A DNA stretch of 64,000 nt from Eledone cirrhosa (GCA_964016885.1 OZ024755.1:13392001-13456000); one strand, 5' to 3'. Counted from the stretch's first letter, positions 37,301 to 53,299 are shown. Notes: generated by a model not told the origin, from the sequence alone. Numbers and translations: made by a program.

Positions 37301-37663
37301 AGAAGGTAGAGTATGGTAGGCTGGAAGTGTCGTAAATATGGTCCTTAGTAGGTAAGCTATGGTGGGGTGAAAGTGTCATAAATATGATCCTTAGAAGGTA
37401 AAGTATGGTGGTGGTGGTGGGGGGGGGGATCGCGTAAATATGATCCTTAGAAAGTAAAGTATGGTGGGGTAGGAGTGTCGTAAATATGATCCTTAGAAGG
37501 TAAAGTATGGTGGGGTGGAAGTGTCGTAAATATGATCCTTAGAAGGTAATGTATGGTGGGGTGGAAGTGTCGTAAATATGATCCTTAGAAGGTAATGTAT
37601 GGTGGGGTGGAAGTGTCGTAAATATAATCCTTAGAAGGTAATGTATGGTGGGGTGGAAGTGTC
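37301..37663. repeat. 46-bp minisatellite, about 8 copies
   Basis: agaaggtaatgtatggtggggtggaagtgtcgtaaatatgatcctt repeated head-to-tail. Confidence 0.92.
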
Positions 37664-38147
37664 AAGCTGTATCAATCAGCCTTTGATTTGCCTTTGCATG
37701 GGCAAGAGTTGGTCTTTTACAAAATACAAAACACTCTGCCCAGGCTTTTGTCACAGAACTTTTCAGGCGAAAACCCATTGATGACGGTTTTTATCGTATA
37801 TAGAAGAAACATGTAGTAGGGTTGATAGATTAGGTGAAAGCTGGTAGACTTACCGAATTAATATTGAAACAATATAACTGTGAACAGGTTGAAAATGAGG
37901 GTAGACAATAGTAAGAAGCAAACTAAAGACTGAGTATTACTTCTGTTTCAATTTCCCGTATTACTTCTGTTTCAATTTCCCGTTTTGATTTATTCATCTG
38001 TTATGTCTGAGCTACAGAGAATAAAAGTCAAATTCATATAAATACAATTTTATCACATGCTCATGGTGTGAATAAGTGCCATGGGTGATAGAAGTTGGTG
38101 GCAATCTCAGTTATGAATTTGCTACTGAAGGGGTGGAAACATTGAAA

Positions 38148-38385
38148 TAATAATAATTGTTTCTACTTTTGGAACAAGGCCAGCAAATATCCAGTGCATT
38201 ACTGGTACTTTATTTTATCGACCCCGTAAGGATGAAAGGCAAAGTTAACCTCAAACGGGATTTGAACTCAGACCATAAAGGGACGTAACTATGCTGGAAA
38301 GCATGGCGTCCGACCCTCTACCGATACAAATAATTGTTTCTACTTTTGGCACAAGGCCAACAATTACCCAATGCATTACTGGTAC
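38148..38385 (-). mobile_element. tRNA-derived SINE followed by a second SINE tail
   Basis: ttgg.acaaggcc..tttatcgaccccgtaaggatgaaaggcaaagtt..gatttgaactcag. Confidence 0.85.
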
Positions 38386-38387
38386 AA

Positions 38388-38652
38388 ATAATAAAAATGA
38401 TAGGAAAGGGAGAAAGTTTGAGAAATACCAGGAGCTGAAGAGGGAAATCAGGAAACTATATAGAAAGTTGAATGCCTGACTTGAAAAGCTAGGATGGGAA
38501 TGTTTAAGAAAATAGCCGTGCTAGGAACAACATGGATTCTAAGGTGGTGTTAGAAACTCGGAGAAGGAATAAACCAAATGACCTTTGGCTCGCTGTTTTG
38601 GTATAGTGTCGGTATAACATCTGCTAGAGCAAAAGCATTACGAATGATGATA
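38388..38652 (+). pseudogene. 3' end relic of an R4/Dong-type RLE LINE
   Basis: Reads KFEKYQELKREIRKLY...KIAVLGTTWIL, resembling the R4/Dong C-terminus; preceded by aataataa and ends in tgatgataa. Confidence 0.6.
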
Positions 38653-38850
38653 ATTGTTACTATTTTGGCACAAGGCCAGCAATTATCCCAGTGCATTACT
38701 GGTACTTTATTTTATCGACCCCGTAAGGATGAAAGGCAAAATTAATCTCGGCGAGATTTGAACTCAGACCCCAAAGGGCCGTAACTCTATGCTGCAAAAC
38801 ATGGCATCCGACCCTCTACCGATACTGACAATCCACCGAATGATAATAAT
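38652..38850 (-). mobile_element. tRNA-derived SINE
   Basis: Same family as 38148; extends to the tRNA-like head. Confidence 0.85.
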
Positions 38851-39042
38851 ACTAATAGTATTGGGTGGTTGACAATCTTTGATGTTTAAAGCTAAACATC
38901 AAACAACAACTATAAAAACTACAACCATAACAAGAACAACAAAAACAGCAACAGCAATTATAACAGCAACATCTTAGTTGATAGACATAACGAAAGTTTG
39001 TAATGTAGTTTTTACAATATATATATATATATATATATATAT

Positions 39043-39629
39043 ACTAGTCGAATTACCCGCGCCGTGCTGCGTTTCACACATTCTTTTTGTAAGAAAATGA
39101 TGATTGATTTAAAATCAGTGATATAATTATATAATTTATGGTGAAAAAATAAAGGGAAAATGTTAAAAAAGTAGAGGCATTAACTAATAATTTTTGTTGT
39201 CATAATTCTTGTGATGTTTTTAGATAAAATGTCTAAATTAGCCAAATTTTACTATAAAAGAGAGGTGCTTTTTTTGTTGATTTACGATTAATTAATAGAA
39301 AAACCCCGTGATAATAGAGGTTCCAATACTCAAGTTATGGACTTCCAAAATTTTCACTATAGGGGGTTTAACACCCATTAGGGTGTCTTAATATTATTGA
39401 AATTTGCTGAAATTTTGTGAATAGGCATCATATCTTGTTTAAAATTCATATAAATCGAAGGGAAAACATTTTCAGCGGGGGTTTGTGCCCCTGGGGAACC
39501 CTTTGATTAAAATGAAATATACTTATCCAAGTAACCTGGGCAATGTAGTTTCAGAATATATATGGTTATAGGGGTCTATCTCCAAAACCATAGGAGTTCG
39601 TGAACAAACAAACAGACAGGAACTACAAC

Positions 39630-39632
<3 letters not shown>
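39043..39632 (-). mobile_element. Probable non-autonomous Helitron
   Basis: Minus-strand 3' end cgcagcacggcgcgggtaattcgaCTAG|T (GC-rich sub-terminal segment then CTAG); far end has acaaacaaacagacag. No 5' TC terminus visible. Confidence 0.55.
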
Positions 39633-39700
<68 letters not shown>

Positions 39701-39782
39701 GTATGTGTATATATATTCATATATATACACATACATATATTCATATATATACATATATATATATATATTCATATATACATAT

Positions 39783-39829
<47 letters not shown>

Positions 39830-39910
39830 TGTGTATATATATTCATATATATACACATACATATATTCATATATATACATATATATATATATATATTCAT
39901 ATATACATTC

Positions 39911-39973
<63 letters not shown>

Positions 39974-40015
39974 CATACATACATATGTACATATACATAT
40001 ACACATACAAATACA
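39633..40015. repeat. Compound (CA)n/(TA)n tract with internal duplication
   Basis: Block (CA)n-atgtatgtgtatatatattcat... present twice. Confidence 0.9.
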
Positions 40016-40896
40016 ATTATACTCATTATATATTTAAACACCCCCGCATATATGTGTATATATTTCTTAACTTAAATGTCATGTTTGTATAGAGAAAAAA
40101 AAAGTCATGAAAGAAAGTTTGAAAAATATTTCAATACAATGCCAAAAGTGAGAAGCCATTTTTAGATCAATATTTTATAAAAGAAAATCTTCAGTAGTTT
40201 GTCTGGTGCCAACTAATGGTACGATCATCTCCTCCAAATATTTATGTTGTTGTTGCTGTTGTTGTTTTGAGGTTTTTCTTTCTTTATTTCATTATTGGTT
40301 TGTTTGTTTCGAAATAGTAATAGTTTATATATCACTATAAGAGTGTGTCGGAAAAGAGAAGAGAGATGGAAATAGAGATGTCTTAATGTGATTATACGTA
40401 TTCCTGTTACGGTGTAGATGCGTGGTTTAGTTGCTAGGAGGTTTGGGTCACGATCGTAATGTCGATTGTTCGATTCCCGGTGGTGTGTTGTGTTCTTGAC
40501 ATTAACGTGAAAATGGCTGAGCTCTGTTCAAGAAACCCATAAGATAAGAGGGTTTAGTAAATGGAAACGTTACGATAAGAAGTAAAGGAAATGGACCTTC
40601 GTCAGGTCTGACGATGAATGTTTCAGTTTGAAGAAAGAAACATTTTTCCCTGTGAAAGTGAGCAATGACACAAAGATTGGGAACCTTTAATTTATACGAA
40701 AGTTGTATTTGACATAACTTACTTATTCTATGTCCATGTTCAAGGGCCCTTGACTCATGGTAGAATCCCGGGGTGTCGTCGTTACATACGTGTCATCATG
40801 ACGTCTTAGGCATTTAAATCTGTGATGTTACGTTTCACATCTTCACAGGACCTGTTACAAGTTTTGGGGATCTACATTTTACATATTTCAAAAAAA

Positions 40897-41035
40897 ATTG
40901 TTTCTACTTTTGGCACAAGGCCAGCCATTACCCAGTGCATTACTGGTACTTTATTTTATCGACCCCGTAAGGATGAAAGGCAAAGTTAACCTTGGCGGGA
41001 TTTGAACTCAGAATGAAAAGGGCCGTAACTCTGAG
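40897..41035 (-). mobile_element. SINE fragment
   Basis: Same family as 38148. Confidence 0.85.
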
Positions 41036-42009
41036 TCTATGAAAAATATATTCCACCGCCAATTCACAATATTTCAGTAGTTTATTCCGTTCGGCTATGG
41101 ATGCAGTGACCTTCCACCCCCATCTCCATTGTTATTCATTTAAATTGTCATTACAAATTACAGATATTTAAATAGATTTTATTGTTATCAAATATCACCC
41201 ATTTAGCCTCGCATTTCAGTTAGAACTGTTTTCGTTTCTCTTCGGAAAATAATGTTTCTTTTACTGTTGTTAGTCAAAAATTATTTTACACGGAATAGAA
41301 ATGTGAATATTCAAGGAATATTACTATAAAAGTTTCTTTTATTGGTACAGCAGAAAATATTTTAGATTCAATAAAGAATAACAAGCAAAGAATCGACGTC
41401 ATACAGGAGCAAGCAGTTATAAATTTTTATATCTCGATAACGATTTATGGAAATTGCTTGCGACTCACGACATGCACTTGGGAAAACTGTTTCTATTACA
41501 AGCTACAAATTATGTAGAATGACAAAGTTTTATTGTAAGTGCTTTCTTTTTAAGCTATTGCCTTCCTAAACCGTTCACTAGTTGCTTTGCCATTCCGCTA
41601 AATTACTCACAGAAATTTTTATATCAGCGAAAATAAAATACTATTTAGTAGTTTAAACATTTTTTTTTTAAATTGGAGAAATAAAATTCTTAGAGCTGTT
41701 CTGCTAGATCGCAAGTGACGAGTAGCAATATGGCCACTAGATATGATGGTTAAGTTTTAATTAGCAATCTCGGATCAAACAGTGGCAAGCTACTAGGGAG
41801 GGTGGAGCAATGGGTGACGCTGTTAGCTCTTAAGAAAAAACCTCCACAACCCAGCGAAGTAATTACTACGAAGCGAGTAAAGACCGCTACTAAAAAAATG
41901 CCTAGTCTTCACGGGTCTGTGAAGATTACCAAATTTGATATTTGGCTTAAATAAGACCACCTAAAACTGCTGTATGGTCATATATAATAAAAGTAAAGGC
42001 TCATCAGTT

Positions 42010-42215
42010 ATCCCAGTTTCATTAGCGTTAAGTCGCTGAAAATACAAGACCCCCTCTAAACTCTATGCCAGTGCATCACAGTTAAACCCCACCTACCTCT
42101 TGCACTAATTTCTTCTGGAGCAACGTGAAGTACATAATGCGTCACTCGGTCTGGGAATCTAACCCACAACTCCATGGTAGCGAACTGAACATTCTAACCA
42201 ATAAATCGCACTCTT
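42010..42215 (-). mobile_element. Old decayed SINE
   Basis: ctggagcaacgtgaa..cggtctgggaatc.aacccacaac..ctctaacca resembles 2680-2790. Confidence 0.55.
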
Positions 42216-43234
42216 CCCTTTCATTTTATAACAAATGGTGTTTCCTCATACTTTTGTTAGCTTATTTGACCAATATTAAGACTTAAAGAATCGTCTGCTG
42301 TGTTCATGTATGCCTCATAAGGATGAAAATGATTCTGATAATGTATCCACCTGGTGGGAGTTAATAATCAGTTTTCGTTGACATCTAATCATCATTTATG
42401 AAGAAAGGTTAATCACTTAAGTTGGTAAAGCGATTGATTCATATGGCTGGTTCCCAAAACGGACAAGTCTCCGATCTACTAAACAGTATATCGATTAGTG
42501 ATTTTCCGTGTTCACACGGCGATGCTATCACCATCGTTGTTTTACAATGATCAATACATTTTAATCTACTTTATTAAATCTGATTACGTGATCATTATGA
42601 TGGGGATCAGAGAGACTGAAGAGGCTTCGAAGTTCAAAGTTCAAATTGTGTGAAAAGTTGACGTAGCCGTTAAGAAATTGGTAAAAGACAAGATAGAAAT
42701 AATTTTTAAATTCTACAACACAATTCCTCAGCAAGAAATCAGTACGAAAACCATAATTAGGACAAACTATTAATGGATTCTAATCAGAGAGATTGTCCAA
42801 ATCGTTGATCAGCAATACTCCGATTCATTTTTCTACCGTTAGAAATCAAAGCTATTGAAATATACGAATGCCGACTGAAAGGTTTATAGCCCTACCAATA
42901 TACTGCCAGGGAATGACCAAATGAGGTTTATTTTTCAATATAGTTCCTGGAAAGAAAGAATACAGTTATTAATAGGAAGGGTTGAAATTAATGCATGCAA
43001 GATTTCACAGCTCTAGCATGAATATTTCATAGTTAGCCTATGAACTTTTTAACCGACTTTCATATAGTAACTGTTCTATTTAAACTATCAAATTGAAAGC
43101 TATGAAAGATGTTTATTTAAATATTAAATTAAAACATATTGTATGTTTAGTATCAACTTGAAAAATGGAAAATATTTTATTTAAATTGAAATATATGAAA
43201 TTGAAATATATTTGAGATTCTGTTTATACCGATC

Positions 43235-43410
43235 CAATTCCAAAGCCTTCTCACTCTCATTGGGCGGGCCTCTTCCTGGTTTGTCTCCACCACTTCCTAT
43301 CTCTACTCGTACTGGACCATGTGGGGTCGATGTATTTGGTTAAATCATCACGACATCTTGTCTTTGGCCATCCACTAGTTCTTCTCCACTGTCTTCCTGT
43401 CCACGGTCCC
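43235..43410 (-). pseudogene. RTE-like ORF C-terminal relic
   Basis: Minus frame RRTSGWPKTRCRDDLTKYIDPTWSSTSRDRKWWRQ resembles the RTE GRPK.RW.DD...DR..WR end. Confidence 0.55.
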
Positions 43411-44118
43411 TAAACTGCTGTTTTTCTCTAGAAAATCGAAAAAACAGCAGCACGTCTGAAGAAAGAGCCATGCGAGGTGGAGTGACTGCTGCTGCGAGTG
43501 TCACTGGTCATTCCCAGCAGCTATGTACGGTTGAAACACATCACTCAATTGGGCTATAGTGTCCATCGCCCTCTCCCCCTTTCTTTTAAAGCTTAATTTC
43601 TTTGTTCTTTTACTTCTCTTCATAGTTATTTATATTGTACAGTTTGTATCACATATTCTCTTTAGTTAAGAGTATATTGACCATAACCTTTTATCTGTTC
43701 AATTCAAAATATAGCGAGTTATATTATATTGGTTCAATTTAAATTATTCAATTGAAATATATTGTATCTGCTCTATTGAAACTATGAAATTAAATATATT
43801 GTGGCTGTTCTATTTAAATTATTAAATTGAAATATATTCAATGTTATGTTCCATTTAAACTATCGAATTGAAATATAATGTAGACGTTCTATTTTAATTA
43901 TCAAATTCTAATATCTTTTAGGTTCTGTTGTATTTAAACTGTCAAATTGATATGTTTTGTTCTGTAATATTTCAACTACCAAATTGTAGATTTAAATAAC
44001 ATGCAAAACGAAGTAAATAAGAGAAAAATTAATAAAAAGGAAAACTATTCTTTAATCTAAATTTTACAAATCGCCTAATAATTATTATTCAATATATATG
44101 TATATGTTGTATGTATGC

Positions 44119-44162
<44 letters not shown>

Positions 44163-44193
44163 GCACACACATATATATATATATATATACATG

Positions 44194-44225
<32 letters not shown>

Positions 44226-44294
44226 CATATATATGATATGATACATATGTATGATATATATTTATAGATAAATATGTGATCATCACAGTCTTGC

Positions 44295-44333
44295 CTGATG
44301 ATCCTGTGAGTCCACAGGGGAAACTCCAGGATA
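44295..44333 (+). ncRNA. Partial hammerhead ribozyme core
   Basis: CTGATGA-tcctgtg(agtc)cacaggg-GAAA-ctcc: perfect core boxes and 7-bp stem II; stems I and III not convincingly closed. Confidence 0.5.
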
Positions 44334-44378
44334 ATAATACTCATATATACAAACACAGTTATACATGAACGCATAAAT

Positions 44379-44436
<58 letters not shown>

Positions 44437-45419
44437 GTGTGTGTGTATTTATGCGTTCATGTATATATATATATTCATGTTTCCCCCTTTTTTATTTATA
44501 TTTGTCTTAAACAGGAAATAGAGTTTAACAAATATTGAGTGAGCTTCGTAGATTCATCGAAACTTAAAGTTGAAATTTGTATAAAATTCAGGTGTCGTCT
44601 GCCAGAAACATCCGGATTATTCCAGTTCTGTCTCTGCCCTGATATTTCACTGAATCTCTTTAGAAACCTATTTCTGAAACGATGAAATATTTCCAATAAT
44701 GTTATGTATACCTATAGGAAGAAGAATATATAAGACATAATACAAAGCTGGGTGGTGGGTTGAAACTGGGGGTGGGTGGGAGTAGGGTATAAGACAAGGT
44801 AGGAGACATAGGGAGTGAATAGAGAGGAGGAAGGAGCAGAGAGGAACAGAGAGAGGAGAGAGGAGCATTGGGGGAGGAGGAAGGGGCATAGGAAGGGTAT
44901 AAGGGGGAAGGATGGATGATGCAGAGACGAGGTTAGGGGAAGAAATGGGTCTAAGTAGAATAGCAAAGGCATGTGTGGAGGGTGGAAGGCGTAAGATAAT
45001 AGAGTTTCGGTGGGCATGAGAGAGAGGACGAAGATGGTCGGTTGAAGAAGAGGGTGGAGTGTGGAATAAAGTGGTGGAGGAGAGTATGGGGGAATAAATC
45101 AATATTAGACAAACTCAGAGCTATTTGTATGGTCACACACGTGTACACACACACATATATATATACATACATACATAATCACACACAGATTTATGAAAAT
45201 ATATACATATATATACACATACTGAGTGTATTATCACGTATTCAATTACGTTTACAATAGAATCTCATGGAAACATCTTTTATATATATATATATATATA
45301 TATGTTTGTATGTATAGGTATTTATGTGTGTATATATGTATATATATGTGTATATAGATTTGTAGATATGTATATATATATATATGTGTATAGATATGTA
45401 TATATGTATATATATGTAT

Positions 45420-46535
45420 ATATAGGTATTTATGTATATATATATGTATATAGGTATTTATGTATATATATATGTATATAGGTATTTATGTATATATATA
45501 TGTATATATAGGTATTTATGTATATATATATGTATATATAGGTATTTATGTATATATATAGGTATATATAGGTATTTATGTATATATATAGGTATATATA
45601 GGTATTTATGTATATATATAGGTATATATAGGTATTTAGGTATATATATAGGTATATATAGGTATTTAGGTATATATATAGGTATATATAGGTATTTAGG
45701 TATATATATATGTATATATAGGTATTTATGTATATATATATGTATATATAGGTATTTATGTATATATATATGTATATATAGGTATTTATGTATATATATA
45801 TGTTTATATAGGTATTTATGTATATATATAGGTATATAAAGGTATTTATGTATATATATAGGTATATATAGGTATTTATGTATATATATAGGTATATATA
45901 GGTATTTATGTATATATATAGGTATATATAGGTATTTATATATATATAGGTATTATGTATATATATATGTATATATAGGTATTTATGTATATATATATGT
46001 ATATATAGGTATTTATGTATATATATTGTATATATAGGTATTTATGTATATATATATGTATATATAGGTATTTATGTATATATATATGTATATATAGGTA
46101 TTTATGTATATATATATGTATATATAGGTATTTATGTATATATATATGTATATATAGGTATTTATGTATATATATAATGTATATATAGGTATTTATGTAT
46201 ATATATATGTATATATAGGTATTTATGTATATATATATGTATATATATAATATATATAATAATATATATATGTATATATAGGTATTTATGTATATATATA
46301 TGTATATATAGGTATTTATGTATATATATATATATGTATATATAGGTATTTATGTATATATATATATATGTATATATAGGTATTTATGTATATATATATA
46401 TATGTATATATAGGTATTTATGTATATATATATGTATATATAGGTATTTATGTATATATATATGTATATATAGGTATTTATGTATATATATATGTATTTA
46501 TGTATATATATATATATGTATATATAGGTATTTAT
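45420..46535. repeat. ~30-bp minisatellite ggtatttatgtatatatatatgtatatata
   Basis: 30-bp period (translation [10 protein letters not shown]). Confidence 0.92.
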
Positions 46536-46536
46536 G

Positions 46537-46633
<97 letters not shown>

Positions 46634-46634
46634 G

Positions 46635-46669
<35 letters not shown>

Positions 46670-46724
46670 GTATATATATATGTATATATATATGTATATA
46701 TATATGTATATATATATGTATATA

Positions 46725-46765
<41 letters not shown>

Positions 46766-46974
46766 GTATATATATGTATATATATGTATATATATGTATA
46801 TATATATATGTATATATATGTATATATATATATGTATATATATGTATATATATATATGTATATATATATATGTATATATATGTATATATATATGTATATA
46901 TATGTATATATATATATATATATGTGTATATATATATATATATAGTATATATATGTATATATATATATGTATAT

Positions 46975-47014
<40 letters not shown>

Positions 47015-47019
47015 GTATA

Positions 47020-47060
<41 letters not shown>

Positions 47061-47160
47061 GTATATTATATATGTATATATGTGTATATATGTATATATA
47101 TGTATATATATATGTATATATGTGTGTATATATGTATATATATGTGTATATATATATATG

Positions 47161-47213
<53 letters not shown>

Positions 47214-47339
47214 GTATATATATGTATATATATATTATGTATATATATGTATATATATATATATGTATATATATGTATATATATATATATGTATATATAT
47301 GTATATATGTATATATATGTATATATATATATATGTATA

Positions 47340-47380
<41 letters not shown>

Positions 47381-47419
47381 GTATATATATATATATATAT
47401 ATGTATGTATATATATATG

Positions 47420-47457
<38 letters not shown>

Positions 47458-48277
47458 TATGTATGTATATATATATGTATATATATATGTATATATATGT
47501 ATGTATATATGTATGTATAATATATGTATATATATATATATATATATGTATGTATATATATATGTATATATATATATATGTATGTATATATATATATGTA
47601 TGTATATATATATGTATATATATATATATATGTATGTATATATATGTATATATATATATATATGTATATATATATGTATATATATATGTATATGTATGTA
47701 TATATGTATGTATATATATATGTATATATATATGTATGTATATATATATGTATATATATATGTATATGTATGTATATATATATGTATATATATATGTATA
47801 TATATGTATATATATATGTATATATATATGTATATATATATATATATGTATGTATATATATATGTATATATATATATATATATGTATTATATATATATGT
47901 ATATATATATGTATATATATATGTATATATATATGTATATATATATGTATATATATATATATATGTATGTATATATATATGTATATATATATGTATATAT
48001 ATATATATGTATGTATATATATATGTATATATATATGTATATATATATATATATGTATGTATATATATATATATGTATGTATATATATATATATATGTAT
48101 ATGTATGTATATATATATGTATATGTATGTATATATATATGTATATATGTATATGTATGTATATATATATGTATATATATATATATATGTATGTATATAT
48201 ATATATATATATGTATGTATATATATATATATATATGTATATGTATATATATATGTATATATATATATATATGTATG

Positions 48278-48308
<31 letters not shown>

Positions 48309-48627
48309 ATATATATGTATATATGTATGTATATATATATGTATATATATATGTATATATGTATGTATATATATATGTATATATGTATGTATATATATAT
48401 GTATATATGTATGTATATATATATGTATATATGTATGTATATATATATGTATATATGTATGTATATATATATATATATATGTATGTATATATATATATAT
48501 ATGTATGTATATATATATATATATATGTATGTATATATATATGTATGTATATATATATGTATATATGTATGTATATATATATATATATATGTATGTATAT
48601 ATATATGTATGTATGTATATATATATG

Positions 48628-48658
<31 letters not shown>

Positions 48659-48980
48659 ATATATATGTATGTATATATATATATATATGTATGTATATAT
48701 ATATGTATGTATATATATATATATATGTATGTATATATATATGTATATATATATATATATATATGTATGTATATATATATGTATATATATATATATATAT
48801 ATGTATGTATATATATATGTATATATATATATATATATATGTATGTATATATATATGTATATATATATATATATATATGTATGTATATATATATGTATAT
48901 ATATATATATATATATGTATGTATATATATATGTATATATATATATATATATATGTATGTATATATATATGTATATATAT

Positions 48981-49035
<55 letters not shown>

Positions 49036-49103
49036 TGTATATATATGTATGTATATATATATGTATATATATATATGTATATATATGTATGTATATATAT
49101 ATG

Positions 49104-49134
<31 letters not shown>

Positions 49135-49143
49135 ATATATATG

Positions 49144-49174
<31 letters not shown>

Positions 49175-49183
49175 ATATATATG

Positions 49184-49214
<31 letters not shown>

Positions 49215-49223
49215 ATATATATG

Positions 49224-49254
<31 letters not shown>

Positions 49255-49263
49255 ATATATATG

Positions 49264-49294
<31 letters not shown>

Positions 49295-49417
49295 ATATAT
49301 ATGTATATATATATATATATATATGTATGTATATATATATGTATATATATATATATATATATGTATGTATATATATATGTATATATATATATATATATAT
49401 GTATGTATATATATATG

Positions 49418-49448
<31 letters not shown>

Positions 49449-49531
49449 ATATATATGTATATATATATATATATATGTATGTATATATATATGTATATAT
49501 ATATATATATATATGTATGTATATATATATG

Positions 49532-49562
<31 letters not shown>

Positions 49563-49609
49563 ATATATATGTATATATATATATATATATATGTATGTAT
49601 ATATATATG

Positions 49610-49640
<31 letters not shown>

Positions 49641-49649
49641 ATATATATG

Positions 49650-49684
<35 letters not shown>

Positions 49685-49707
49685 GTATATATATATATAC
49701 ATATATA

Positions 49708-50072
49708 CCCTGATGGTATCCAATGATGTTGACTTGTTCTTCTTTTTGGTAAATAGCATCTTGGTTAAGAGAGTGGGACTGGCTTTGTGCAGTGCCTTTG
49801 CTCACTATAAAAGCTTCACGGCACAGGCATTGCTTTATATCTGGAGATCTCTCTGCACTTGTCCTCACATGGGCCCAGCACTATGTGTCAATGATTGTCC
49901 TACCATGGGCCTAGCACTATGTGTCAATGGTTGTCACAGGTGTAGTGTTTGTACCAGAGGTTTCAAGTCGCTGGCTGGACTAAAAAGTCACACTCGTTCA
50001 GCGCTTCGGTAGGGGTTATCATACATGGATGTAAAGTAGTGGCCGTACTCGAAAACGAGTTGGCAGCCACCA
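49708..50072 (+). mobile_element. 5'-truncated copy of the non-autonomous element, inside the TA satellite
   Basis: Homologous to 23455-23633; retains C2H2-like remnant [20 protein letters not shown]; ends gagttggcagccacca(TA)n. Confidence 0.8.
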
Positions 50073-50102
50073 TATATATATATATATATATGTATGTATA
50101 TA

Positions 50103-50141
<39 letters not shown>

Positions 50142-50172
50142 ATATATATGTATATATGTATGTATATATATG

Positions 50173-50203
<31 letters not shown>

Positions 50204-50297
50204 ATATATATGTATATATATATTATATATATATGTATGTATATATATATGTATATATATATATGTATATATATATGTATATATATATATGTATATA

Positions 50298-50340
<43 letters not shown>

Positions 50341-50341
50341 G

Positions 50342-50372
<31 letters not shown>

Positions 50373-50566
50373 ATATATATGTATATATATAATATATATA
50401 TATATGTATGTATATATGTATGTATATATGTATGTATATATATATGTATATATATATGTATATATATATGTATATATATATATATATATATGTATGTATA
50501 TATATATGTATATATATATATATATGTATGTATATATATATGTATATATGTATGTATATATATATG

Positions 50567-50600
<34 letters not shown>

Positions 50601-50671
50601 TATGTATGTATATATATATGTATATATGTATGTATATATATATGTATATATGTATGTATATATATATGTAT

Positions 50672-50704
<33 letters not shown>

Positions 50705-50741
50705 ATATATATGTATATATATATATATATGTATGTATATA

Positions 50742-50780
<39 letters not shown>

Positions 50781-50805
50781 ATATATATGTATGTATATAT
50801 ATATG

Positions 50806-51035
<230 letters not shown>

Positions 51036-51053
51036 TATGTATATGTATGTATA

Positions 51054-51092
<39 letters not shown>

Positions 51093-51140
51093 ATATATAT
51101 GTATATATATATATAATATATATGTATGTATATATATATG

Positions 51141-51171
<31 letters not shown>

Positions 51172-51221
51172 ATATATATGTATATATATATATCATATAT
51201 ATATGTATGTATATATATATG

Positions 51222-51252
<31 letters not shown>

Positions 51253-51261
51253 ATATATATG

Positions 51262-51292
<31 letters not shown>

Positions 51293-51334
51293 ATATATAT
51301 GTATATATAATATATATATATATGTATGTATATA

Positions 51335-51373
<39 letters not shown>

Positions 51374-51376
51374 ATA

Positions 51377-51415
<39 letters not shown>

Positions 51416-51418
51416 ATA

Positions 51419-51457
<39 letters not shown>

Positions 51458-51544
51458 ATATATATGTATATATATATGTATATATATATGTATATATATA
51501 TGTATATATATATGTATATATATATATACATGTATATATATATG

Positions 51545-51603
<59 letters not shown>

Positions 51604-51804
51604 ATATATATGTATATATATATATATATGTATGTATATATATATGTATATATATATATATATGTATGTATATATATATGTATATATATATATATATGTA
51701 TGTATATATATATGTATATATATATATATATGTATGTATATATATGTATATATATATATATATGTATGTATATATATATGTATATATATATATACATGTA
51801 TATA

Positions 51805-51845
<41 letters not shown>

Positions 51846-51870
51846 ATATATATGTATGTATATATATATG

Positions 51871-51921
<51 letters not shown>

Positions 51922-51938
51922 GTATGTATATATATATG

Positions 51939-52001
<63 letters not shown>

Positions 52002-52699
52002 GTATATATATATGTATATATATATGTATATATATATGTATGTATATATGTATGTATATATATATGTATGTATATATGTATGTATATATATATGTATATA
52101 TATATGTATGTATATATATATGTATATATATATGTATATATATATGTATGTATATATGTATGTATATATATATGTATATATATATGTAGTATATATATAT
52201 GTATATATATATGTATGTATATATATATGTATATATATATGTATATATATATGTATATATATATGTATATATATATGTATATATATATGTATATATATAT
52301 GTATGTATATATATATGTATGTATATATATGTATATATATATGTATATATATATGTATGTATATATATATGTATATATATTTATGTATATATATATGTAT
52401 ATATATATGTATATATATATGTATGTATATATATATGTATATATATATGTATATATATATGTATATATATATGTATATATATATGTATGTATATATATAT
52501 GTATATATATATGTATATATATGTATATATATATGTATATATATATATATACGTATATATTATATATATATATATGTATATTATATATATATGTATATAT
52601 ATATGTATATATATATATATACGTATATATGTATATATATGTATATATATACGTATATATGTATATATATATATATATGTATATATATACGTATATATG

Positions 52700-52734
<35 letters not shown>

Positions 52735-52755
52735 GTATATATATACGTATATATG

Positions 52756-52786
<31 letters not shown>

Positions 52787-52809
52787 GTATATATATATGT
52801 ATATATATG

Positions 52810-52840
<31 letters not shown>

Positions 52841-52867
52841 GTATATATATATATATGTATATATATG

Positions 52868-52916
<49 letters not shown>

Positions 52917-53023
52917 GTATATATATATGTATATATATATATATATGTATATATATGTATATATATGTATATATGTATATATGTGTATATATGTATATAT
53001 ATATGTGTATATATGTATATATG

Positions 53024-53058
<35 letters not shown>

Positions 53059-53083
53059 GTATATATATATGTATATATATATG

Positions 53084-53206
<123 letters not shown>

Positions 53207-53227
53207 GTATATATATGTATATATATG

Positions 53228-53262
<35 letters not shown>

Positions 53263-53299
53263 GTATATATATATGTATATATATATATATATGTATATA

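Noticed and set aside
37301-37663. CRISPR-like regular repeat (also the 82/62-bp and 40-bp arrays)
   Set aside because: Head-to-tail units with no unique spacers, no cas genes, eukaryotic context.
37690-37850. Possible mariner transposase relic (also ~42600-42950)
   Set aside because: Only vague peptide resemblance and no TIRs identified.
42614-42645. ctgaagaggcttcgaagttcaaa as a hammerhead (also ctgaaga at ~43456)
   Set aside because: No GAAA box at the right position and no closing stems.
44668-45130. Pro/Ser/Leu-rich ORFs in a purine-rich tract
   Set aside because: Compositional bias; no recognisable motif.
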